A stretch of 64,000 bases of DNA, taken from contig NW_002060947.1 of NCBI RefSeq assembly GCF_000150275.1, forward strand, positions 3,464,980-3,528,979. The letters are read 5' to 3'. Numbering within the stretch: the first letter of the stretch is position 1; each line of letters begins with the position of its first letter. The position numbers and the translations under genes were made by a program. The notes under the pieces were generated by a model. It saw nothing but the letters and a program-made list of their open reading frames with translations, ran no database searches and was not told the origin of the DNA. Positions 1 to 11,998 of this stretch are shown here, in pieces. The stretch is from Trichoplax adhaerens (lineage: Eukaryota > Animalia > Placozoa).

Positions 1-1795
1 TTTTAACGGATAAAAGTATAGTAAATTAATGTCCCATACTGCAATATGCCACAAAATTTTCGAATTTTCCCTTGATTCACCTAGATAATAGTTCAATTTT
101 TGATTTTTCTTATGCACTTCATCACTAGCGACTTGAAAAGGGTTCTTGATTATTGCTACAATGTTTTATTAATCGCTTTTCCGGCCTAACCTTACAGGCA
201 TAGTCATATTTAGAAAAATGATACTGCATTCTTTACTTATTTGATATTATCGTACTTTAAATATAGAGGCTTCACGTAGGAGGCCCTTGGGGGAGGGGGA
301 TGATGAATAGTCCTGATCCAACGAAAAGTTTTCAATGATTACTAAAACGAATCATAATACCTCATACTGTCCCTAGTATCATAGTTAATTTCAATTAATG
401 CTTATAGTCACCTATAAAAATTAAGCAACGTTATGACGATTTAATATCCAATCAGTTAATTGAAATTATTCCATGCCCGTATGCCTTTAACATCTAAAGA
501 CGTACAGTACAGTGTATAACTGTAGTGCGTTAAAATCAAAATTTTAATTATTTAATAACACAGTATTTATGATAGGCTTAAAAGAGCAGATAACTATAAA
601 AGTATGTAGATTAATGGTACAGCCACGTTATTCACCTACTCTATTTGTTTGCATTTTGCAGTTTATAAGCGATAGAATACATGAACCTCAGTTTATTACC
701 CTTCATTACCGACGGGTGAATTACAGCTTCGACTAGGTAGAAAATGATTGGATTGGATGAATAATATGTCTGTAACATACGAGTATACACGGATAAAATG
801 TTTTATGCAACATAAGGAGATTAAAGTTAACCGTCCGAAATATTGCGTGTAATTCCAACAGAATCAGCAACTACACTACATGCCTAAACACAAGATGTTG
901 AAAACTTGCATTCACTTTTGACAGCTTGAAAAAGCTCAAAACGTTGGTTCTCCTATGTATACAGCATGCAAATATATAAGCCTGGAAACTTGCTATAACG
1001 GCTACACAGCTATTTTAAAAAATTAGGCCGAATAGCCATTGATAAGCGCTAACCTAAAAAGTGGTAAAGTAATAGCGCAATCAATAGTACAATAAATTGT
1101 AATGTAATGAGAAGAAGTTATAAAGTATTGCTGTTTATTTGATATGGACTATAACAAAACTATCATCATCCTGGAAATGACTAATTCTAAAATTAAACTT
1201 TATTAATGGTATTTACTTTCACTGGGGTATAGGAGTTGCGCCTCTAATAATGTACGCCATTTATTTTTATATCGAATCTATAAACACGTGTAAACAAACT
1301 CGGACTATCAAGCAAGGAACATAACTTTTATCAACCATATGATATTTATTACATTTCCTTCTGAATCAGGTAAAAAGGTAGTCGTGTGCAATAATTATAT
1401 GACAATATTTTGAAAGAAATTAGAACCTTGTCTGAGGTTATTCCGTTAACCTAAATCAAACTTCAACATTAGAAACGGTAGTAATTTATAATGTGCTAAA
1501 GTAGCAGTAAATTTAAGTCTAATTATATAGCTAGCATCATTAGTTTATATACCAATTTTTAGTAACCTCATTGATTTGAAATGTATGATATTACATATGC
1601 TATATCAGCATTAACTAGCACTAAGTTGTTTAAATCAACTAGTGTATAAAGAAATTATCAACGGTAATAAATAGTACGATAGAAGGGACAACTTTCCAAT
1701 TTTCAATATTTATTTATTTACTACAGTGCCGGTATGCATTGAACGGGTTCCGCTATGACATGTCAATTAAACTATTTAATGCTGTATAATACCGT

Positions 1796-2488
1796 CTACT
1801 TGCGTTGAAATATATATTCAATAAAGTGATTCCATTTGGTTTCATCTGATTCACCATCATGACCAGCTCCACCAGCATGACTTGCAATTAAATCGAAGCC
1901 CTTCTCAGCTAGCAAATCAAATGCTTTCTCTAAATGGCCATGCTTTAAGTAGAAACGACTAGAATAGCTATTATCACTTCGATCAGGATCTCGCGTTTCA
2001 TTTAATGTATCTTCAAACACTTCACGGGTTAAAGTAACATTACCACAAACCAAAATTCGATGAATTTTACGAAATTTAACATCTGCCAATCCATCACGTC
2101 CAAAGGCGTAAGTCCCACGATAACTTAATGATAGAATGCCTTTTTGTCGCCCTATATTGGTTTTTTCGCGTAATGCTTCAATTAAGCCTTCAATTTTGTA
2201 ATATTCAGCTTCACACAATAATCTTTCACGCTCAATAAATTCTTCCGGCAGACATAATTTCGAATTGCGTAAATAGTCTAATACGTAACGAAATAGTGCA
2301 CCATCACGATCTATAAAATAACGGCCTCGCGCATCGCGCGCAATACGTTGTCTACCACTGAACATTGCACCTAACAATGATTTTGGATCTTTAACTAAGA
2401 TTGATAGCGATGTTGTATATAGTTGGCCACCCACGTTTAGATCAATAATGGATGGAAATTGCTCAGAGCTAACTTGATTGACTTGCAT
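1796..2488 (-). CDS. BTB/T1-domain protein of the KCTD8/12/16 family (BTB + H1 domain, no H2), single coding exon
   Basis: N-terminal BTB motifs IIDLNVGGQLYTTS, GRYFIDRDGALFRYVLDYLR, EAEYY; C-terminal H1 motifs YRGTYAFGRDG..KFRKIHRILVCG, REVFEDTLNETRDPDR, SRFYLKH..LEKAFD, EYIFQR. A splice acceptor (tttctgcag, AG at 2496-2495) lies 6 nt before the ATG, implying a 5'UTR intron. Confidence 0.92.
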   Translation of the reverse strand: MQVNQVSSEQFPSIIDLNVGGQLYTTSLSILVKDPKSLLGAMFSGRQRIARDARGRYFIDRDGALFRYVLDYLRNSKLCLPEEFIERERLLCEAEYYKIEGLIEALREKTNIGRQKGILSLSYRGTYAFGRDGLADVKFRKIHRILVCGNVTLTREVFEDTLNETRDPDRSDNSYSSRFYLKHGHLEKAFDLLAEKGFDLIASHAGGAGHDGESDETKWNHFIEYIFQRK

Positions 2489-5400
2489 CTTTTACTGCAG
2501 AAATTATGTTGAATAATAAAATATTTTAGTTTAAAATATATTAAGAAAGTAAGATCTATAAAGCAAACATTGTTATTGATTTCTTGAATAAGAAGAGTCT
2601 CATGGGTAAGAATAAATAAGATCGTTCCGTAGAATGTATTATTGATATGTATGATTAGGGTGTATCCATCGAGTATATTGCAAGTATTTAACAACTTTAG
2701 TCGTAGACATTTATTCAACGAAATGAAAATCGGTTTTAGTATTATATACATCGTGCGAGAGTGATGGAAAATGTGCAGTATGATATCCCATAGGAGAAGA
2801 ATGAAACTTGTAAATCATTAGCGTAGAAAGAAAATATTTTTTTATATAGATATGGATCCTGCTTAAAATTTTAGACTGAATTCTAGTGGCAGACATTTAA
2901 ATGCTAGAAGCTCCTTTACCATCGATTATATTTCGTTTAATTAATCGTTAGCGTTAATATAGCAAAAGCAAATGATTATATTATAGTTGAAATACTGTAA
3001 AAACACAAGCGAAAGTCTTCTTACTTTTGAGATATCTATAGCCCAGCTCTCCATGATTATGATTATGGGTACTTATCTATACAATCTTATGCAGTAAACA
3101 TTATTGATTACACGCAATTATACCACTCAAGATGTGAATGAAAGAATATAGCTGCAACATAAAACCAATAAATTTGCCTCATTACCTTTGGTGGTAGAAC
3201 TAGATTTTTTAAGCTGCACTTATAAAAGTATTATACAATAATTCTAAAAATGATTTTGTGTAAAGCTATGATGACCAAGAAGTCTAACCATTAACTTGAC
3301 AATTGAATGCAAGTCTTTTCAGAAATAATTAACTTCTGATACAGTATTCACTTAGCAGCATACGGACAAAACTTAAACTTCAAGTTTAGATCTTGCTTTG
3401 AAACAGTATTTAAGAATATTATGGCATCACATCTTAATAAACAGGGCATTTTAAATAGTATGATATCGAAGATTGACAGATAGCAGTGCTTTAATGAACA
3501 ATATTGAAATGTACATCCTACTCCTATAACCTGATTTTAAAAATAAATTATTAAGCGAAAATTTATTCTCGATTTATTAGACTCAGTGATTGAACAACTT
3601 AAGTACTGGAAAGTACTACAATATGATAAAACTTAAAACATGATCTATTTAATGTCTCTAGTTATTAAAAAATTTTTATTAATCCCATTTATATAATCTA
3701 CGTATAAGGAAGAATGATGATGAATTTATTACATGAAAACGGTCATGATCAAGTAATATCCTTTTATTTCATACCCTGGGAAGTTGTTGCTGTAACCTTT
3801 CATTTTAGATTACTTTCTTATGTAAAAATAAATTTACTATTATCGGCTATATACGCGCAAATCTGTAACTATGACAATATATTGAATAAGTAAGATAACC
3901 ACTACACAATAGCATTACTGTAGTTCAATATTGTCATATCATAGGAACTATAATAAACTATACTGAATATCGGAAAATATACATTTAGTTGAATTGGTTC
4001 GTACGTTTTACAAATATAATCGTATTAAATATGTTAAGATATTACTAATAGTTCACTGACTGATAAAATTCATGTTCTTGATGGATATAGTAAGATATAT
4101 GGTCTAATTCAATGGTGTATTTATCAAACTCGTGATTATAAATAGGAGAATCTAGAATCTTTAGGCAGCTTTATTATTTACCATTCACTTATGGTACAGT
4201 ATTAATATAGTGATTGTTCTCCACACTTCTACCCGGAATCATACTATTGTAAGAAATGTTCGTGTATATGCACTACGTTTAAAATTAACTTAGAGAACGC
4301 TTCTGTTGAATATTTAGACTATGAACCTCCAACAAAACATACAGAGTAAACTGATAAAAACGACGGAAAAAGAAAAAATTAGGAATATCTACTACTCACT
4401 TTGTTGTTCATGTGATCGTGTCAACTCTACGTGTTGTCATGGAAATAGAAGGATGAAAACAAGAGTGAGAAATATAGAGAATGTATGTGTAGGAGAGAGA
4501 CATTGCTCGAAGGAGCCAAGACTAAAATACGGATTAATAAACTAAAGCAATCCTGCATCGATATGATCGGAAAATTGGACATTTAAATTTAATTTAAATG
4601 ATAATAACTGTGTTATGATAGAATATCGATTCTTCATTTGCCAGTATAGTTTATGAGTATTAAGCTAAACTATAAGTTTAAATGTCAATCTAAGAAGGAA
4701 CAGCTTTCTGCCAATAACTATCTGTATTAGGAGCAATTGACGGTCGTCTTAACGTTAGCAAGAGTTATGAGTTATCATTCAGCTTTATTTGGCTAGCACT
4801 CATTAAGTTAGCAACAAAGATGGTGCGCCCCTTCATGATAGTATGTATAACGGGGTACATCGTTTAAGAAGGCGTAAATGCTATTTATATCATTTCCATG
4901 TAAAAAATTTCATGTTTTAATGCAACAACAATTATATCAAGCATGAGTCAAGAAATTTACGAACATTACCATAAAAAAAGATCCACATTGATTAACTTGC
5001 TCTAAGTTAATTCATATCATAGCTTACCTGATATGTAAATATATATATATTTGCCAAATTAGCGTTTTGGAAGAGATAATTTATCTAGTTACCAACTGCA
5101 ATAATTAAGATAACCGCGCTGGTATATATGATTTATTTTCAACCTTGGCTTTAAAATTATTAAGCTTTAGAATGGGTAAGTGATATCAAGAGTTAGAAAT
5201 TAAAACAATCTTGAGCCGCCTATATCCACACACATACATATATACGCATATGCATATATATACTATACGTACACTATTTAATTGTACTCCCAACCTTTAA
5301 AGTATCCTTTGTACCATAAAATAATAATTACGTGTGTGTAGGACCTTCTACTAGTAATAAACTAGAGATAATGATGAACTTTTGTCTCAAAATTATTGTT

Positions 5401-8400
5401 TAGTTGATTGCTTTTATTTAAATAGGATATTGGCACTCAGATTGAGATAATGAGAACAGTTTTCCTTTCGCTATTATTGATTGGCCACCCCCACCGTAGT
5501 TCTCAATTGATTTTGTCGCATTTTGACTTTCTTCTATTCTCAAACTTTAATTATTGTTTTTCTCTTTCCATCTGTGTCTATGCCATTGTCTTTAACAAAA
5601 TCTATTTTTCAGTATACATTTCCTCTAATATACGTTTTTTCTGACCAGACAAAAAGAATATGACTAGGTTCGTTGATTTAGAACAAAACGTGAACTGAAT
5701 ACTTATATTTAGCAAACATGTTTATCGGATTTTGGCATAATTTATTTTATTACAAGCGATTTCATCTGGCTATATTATTACAAAACCAAATAAAACTTTT
5801 CTTACGATTTTTTAGAGAATATTTTAATAATTAGTATGGTATAAGATATAAAGCAAATAAGAATAGAATAATCGTCTATTATCACGTTAGTTTATTATGA
5901 GTATGATACCTATTGGAGTCATATATTACAATATCCAAAGCTAGAATGTTATTTTTATACTATTCAATACATTTTAAAAATTTTATTAGCCATCGAACAA
6001 GTAACTATCAGTCAGTCTAAAAATATATATCGAACATTTGAAAAGATACATGTTCTATGCCTCAAATGTAATAAGAAAAAGGTATTCAATAAATGGTCCA
6101 TCGGTAAAATATTGAAACCTTAGAAATGCCAATTGTAGGGAATTGAGGCTCCTTTGACATTTCAATTTTGCCAATTACAGTAGATTTAATTATGCATTAT
6201 GGCTATCTAGACAAAATTTAAATATTTGTACTGTAGTAAAGAATCATTCAACTATACAATTGTGGACGTACGTCGCTAAGCCAAAGAAACTGCTAGTGTT
6301 AACAGATCATTGCAATACGAGAACGGCATGAAACGTTACTCATGTCTATGATCTACTTACAAGTTTTACATTTTTATCAGCTCATTGGAAACTATAATAT
6401 TAAAATTTAATAACATGATATTTATTAAAGAATTTTTATCATAGATTGTTAATATACAAAAACACTATTTACTGCAGAACTATCTTTATGGTAGCAGATG
6501 TAATAAAGCTAAAACAAACAGTATAGGCCATTCGAAGAGAATAAATGATCATGGCTAACGTCCAATTATGAACAACACTTATTGACTTCATATTTAATTT
6601 TAACAAAAATTGGCCGTTCTATCCCATAGTATGGCATTATAACCTTATTGAACATTCCACTTTACCGTACTTTGATTCGTGTCGTAACCACTGCGTTAAG
6701 CTAGGCAAAGGGTATGACCGCAAAATTTATAGATTAACTAATCTTTTATTTGATATTTTAGTGGTATTAATGTAAAATTTTATAGCTTTGTTCTCTTTCC
6801 TTTTAATTACGATCGCTACATGAATTTATCTCGCTAATGATAGTATCTAGTATTTAACGTTCACATATCGACTAAAGTTAAGGAATCCTGATTTAAAGCC
6901 CAAATCTGATAATTACAATTTATATTATCAAAAAGCGATCAGAGTATACTTGCGCAAATATCTATGTTATCTGTCCTAACATAGCTTTTTTAGTCAGCTC
7001 TTACATGTACTTTAACTTGTTGGTGTCTTACACTTACTACTATTTCTCATTTTTCAACCATAGAAATTATTTGATGAGCCTGAAGGAAATTACTCCATTC
7101 TAATTATAACAGTTATTTAATAAAAGGTTTACATGCTGTTTATGTCTCAAACTGTACAATGTTATGGGATATATTTCACAACAATAATACTAATCCTCTT
7201 AGATAAGCAAAAAGTAATTAAAATTAGAGTTTAGGCTTCCACTTTTTTTTATAGTATTATCACTACTATGGCTTAGCTAATATGCTTGTATAAGAGGACA
7301 GATTCGACAGAATCCAATTTACCTATGGCGTGGACTCGATCATTAATTTTAAAAGCTGTATAAAAGTAGATCAAGTTCTATTTCGAAAAGTGAGATGATC
7401 GAACAGTATTAATGCTTATATTCCTAATTTATTACACTTAATTGGAATTACTTCTATATGGAAATTAGGCTATACTACAGGTAAAGTAGTAGGCCTAATT
7501 TAAAATGAAATATGATATCAATTTTCAAAAAGTATACACGTAATGTATATTTAGAAACCCAATTTTTTAACCTTAATACTAACATTTACTATCCAGATAT
7601 TGACGATATTAGCCATATAAATTTACATTCTGCTACTATAGAAAGTCATTTACAGCTAAATATAAATAGTGGTCGCTATGAGTTAAACAGAATTTTAATT
7701 CTCACCAATGCATAATTTACAATTTCCTTTAACACATCATCGAAGAGTTATTTAAGCGAAAGAAAGATATTCCATTAAAATTAATCAGGATAACAATTAA
7801 AGTACTATTTATATAACACTACATCGTAACAGAACAGCAAATAATAAATAAGAGTAGCGTCTAGTAAATGTCATATCGCTGATCTATTTAATATAGCCGG
7901 GGAGAAACCAAACTAACGAAATATATTTACTTTTTACTTAAATTATAATAGGTAAAAATATCATGCAGCACGGTCTTCAATACGTGTGTTTCTAGCTATT
8001 TCATTATGTAGTAGGTTATCGTGTAAGAATGCCTTAAGAATTAGACATTGATCTGTAGTGAAAGGTACGCTTAATCATTAAATTGATACAGCCTTTCAGA
8101 ATTTAAGAATATTTACGGTTGTTTCAAGGTGTATCGGTTGGGTAAATTTCGCATTATAATGCTAATTTATGGAGAATGAACGATGAATGCAATGAATATA
8201 ATATTTTGGAGCATAGTATCTGACTTGTAAAATGATTTAAGCTCTTCATGCAGAAGTATAGATATTGAGATACTTCATAATAGAATTACATATGAGAAAA
8301 TTAACGAAGAGATTTCTTAAAGCAACTTCATAATCAAAAGCAGCCAATATATGACGTTTATAAGTGATCACATTCGCGAAACAAATCGATAAGCTCAATA

Positions 8401-11400
8401 TGTTCAATTATAAAATTGATATAATCGCCGAAATATATTACTATGCTTTTCTATATTTAAGTTTTATATTGAATGCTCCAAATGCCGATTTATTTTTAAG
8501 CGTCTATATGCTGTTCTTTTAAAATTATAGCCATATCTTGAATGTATTCTTAAAATGTCATATCTCAGCTGCAATATTATTAGAAGCATATCATTATCTA
8601 TTAAGTACTATGCTGTAATGTATTGCTTATAATAAATGTAGACATTATATTCACTCAATAGTGTCACATTATTCAGGAAATATTCTCTAGTGAGAATGTT
8701 TCCTGAGAATGCTATAAGTTTACATGGAAAACTTAGTAGGTAAATGAATTAAAATATTTTACACTATATCATAATTCTACTTCAATACCGGCGGATTTTA
8801 TAAATTGTTTGTAAGAAAGGTTTTCAAAAACTGTTTACTTTGAATCTCGGAGTTGTTGAATATTATAATGCTGTTGCGTTTACACTACTACGTGATATGA
8901 TCTCACAAAATTGAGATCATACTTGCCTTCGTGTTTATACGTCGTCCGTAACAATGCCATGCTGAGTAGTTCATGGTTTATTGCAGCTATAGAGCTAAAA
9001 TAAATCCTGAAATGCTGATAATCTGTTACATTTTATATAACAAATATGCTACGATTATATTATGAATGGGCTTCTACTCTATGTCAGAAATAATTACGGA
9101 TATTTAAAATCAATAAAGTTTAAAATTTAGGCGTAAAGAGATCAACGTTCTAAACTGCATCTCAATTAGTAGATTGAGTTTATATTTATAAGATACGATT
9201 TAATCGGCATTCGAAGATGATATATTGCTCCAGTGTTAATATAATTTTAACATTAACTTTATCTACCTTAAAAATAAAATAAAATAAAAAAAATCAGGTT
9301 ATGACCTTATAGGAACGCGTCACACATTTGTTGTTGAGCAAAATAATATCGAAAGAGATTAAGGGAATCAATACATTTTGTTCCCATATTAGTCAGGTTT
9401 TAAGTACCATGGTAACAGTATTGGCTAACTGTTACAACTTCCAAATTTTGTAACAAGTACTAGATCTGCCTCAGCAAGGAGACCCAGTAATTAAGTTGAA
9501 GAACTAACTTTATTGTTAAATTAAAGAGTTTATATACTTTCTTTATTGTGACCTTTGATCTACTGACGTAGATCACAAGATCATCACTAACAGAAAGGTT
9601 TCCCTAGTTTAGACATTACAAATAGAATATCATACCAAGTATGGCAACATGAGAATACATATATAGATAACCTTAATATAGTACCATAACTACATCTATA
9701 TATGCATGACGTGATAACATCGTGATATTTAACCATATATAGAAAGAAGGTAACATACTAGTTATGTAACTATTACAGAACGTGACACTAACTGAAGTAT
9801 GAAGCAAATTAAGTTCATAAATTTGTATATCATATCTTTATAGTATTTGCGATTATTTACCTCATACAGTATATAGAATTATCAACTGACATTAATAAAA
9901 ACTAGTAGGCAAAAATTCTTCCAGATGTACGTGTAATCAGAAAATCTTCATGAGTAAGGAACAGTTTACGCTAGTTAACTATTCAAACATGTATCTCTCA
10001 TTATTGCTCAGAGAGGGAGTTACAGTCTATTTTTTTATATAATATACGTGTGTGTCGATCGATATTGAGGAATTACTTAATCTAATGGTCTGATTTATGT
10101 CTCAAGACAAATTAATAACTTATGATACCTGTAACTATAAGTACCATATAGCATTGCTGTGTGTAGTTCACATAATATAACAGATTATCATCAGTTAGGG
10201 TTATCTTTCAAAATCTATGATATAATCCCGATAAAGTAATGCGCAATAGCTACTAATAATGTATATTAAAAATCTATTTTCATTAGTTAAATTATCTTTC
10301 ACGTTAGTAATGATTGAATGTAATAATTTGCAAGGTCATTTACATATTAAGAATCGATAATTCTTATAACGATTACAATATCATTGAAATCTAGCGAAAA
10401 ATACGATCGACCCCTTATTTAATTGTAATAAAATAAATTTCAATCGCTTTTACGCTCTGACCTCGGTGGTTTTCTTTTTATGTTTTAATTTACGTCAGCA
10501 AGATGGTATGTGTTTATCTAATTTTCCTTTTTAACCTGTTGAAAAATAAAAAATAAATTAATAATACCTCAACACGTTAATGGAGGACTTCTCATTCCGT
10601 AAATTATATTATATTTACCTAAAGGTCAATTTATACATTACAATAAACAAGAAGAATACTAAATTTCTTTAGCTTACATCAACAGTATAATCTTTATACG
10701 ATCTTAGTAATAAACTAACAGAGCAGTTAATGCTGATCTAATATCGATTTGTAAGTATGATATTGATTGAAATACGATCTGTCATTTTTTTATTGCTATT
10801 GAATTTTGTATGCTATATGGTATAGTAATCATCATTTGGAGTCTCTAATATATCAAATGAATATAAGATAATTATGGCCTCATTAATCTGAAGGAAAATT
10901 ACCCTCAAGCTTTCTAGCAAAATAGGTGTCAAGTGATGCCTAGAACTGTCAAATTAATCATTAACACCTTGATATTATATCTACCTCAAGTGAAATTGAC
11001 GTCATTACAAGTCAATGATGTAAGTTTCTTATTATTCTCGTTTTCTACTAAGAAATATTATTATTTAAAGTTATGAAACTCCTTATTAATTGAATCCACA
11101 ACAATCTAAATGAACTTAGACTACATTTGACCTTGTATGATCTTTTGAAGTTGACTAACAATTTTAACTCAGCCTAAACCTATCACAACAAAATAAAAAA
11201 CAATAACAACTGCAATGAATTAATCTAAAATTAAGCATAGATACATTATAAAGCAATAGCTTGAAACTTCATATGATTATTACTTTAGTATGGTATAGAT
11301 TAAAAGAAAATATGTTATCATCTTCATGCTATACGCGTATAGTGTAGTATTTTTTAAGGTATATTTATCGTTGATTTTGTTTAGCGGAAATAGTATAGTT

Positions 11401-11687
11401 AAATTAACAGATTTTCATCTTATTGTATGCTGAACAATTATCATAATAGCCTACAGAAGATGAAATGTAGCGAAATATTATTGATATTGAAATCAATAAA
11501 ATGCTATACACAGAAAATAACGTCATTCCGTACAACTCTTCCCTTAGTAGCATTTTTTCTAACCAAAATATAACACGATGAGATTGCTACCTTCTAAAGC
11601 CTTTGATCATATAGTTTGAATTGAATATAATTAACTTGAATACAACAAATATTTGCACATTATTTAATAAATGGCACGAATCTCTGA

Positions 11688-11695
11688 TATAAATA
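11688..11695 (+). promoter_or_regulatory. Candidate TATA box of CUB-protease 1
   Basis: TATAAATA ~300 nt upstream of ATG 11999, with a possible donor near 11762 and an acceptor AG at 11994-11995. Weak in an AT-rich background. Confidence 0.3.
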
Positions 11696-11998
11696 CGTAA
11701 CGATGATCTAAATTAGATCATAAATTCAAAACGTTTTTGTCCGAACCGAATTGAACTATTGGTATAACTTATCGTACGTGGTACATAGTGTATGCAAAAA
11801 GTGCAATAAAAGTCTAAGCGATCACTTTTCTACCTGATATTTCAGAACATAAATAGTAAGCGATAACATACGTAACAGTATAATATACTGTATAACTTCG
11901 TAGATACTAAAGTATTGCAAATTTCAATTTTAGTTTAAGATTACATAGGAGCTTAATTAAATTTTTACTAATTATATCGTAATGATTTTCGACAGCGA

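Noticed and set aside
2437-7715. Short ORFs 2437..2751, 2711..2896, 4321..4545, 5450..5644, 7512..7715
   Set aside because: Mostly AT-rich I/L/F/N/K composition, no recognisable domain and no phase-consistent exon chain found.
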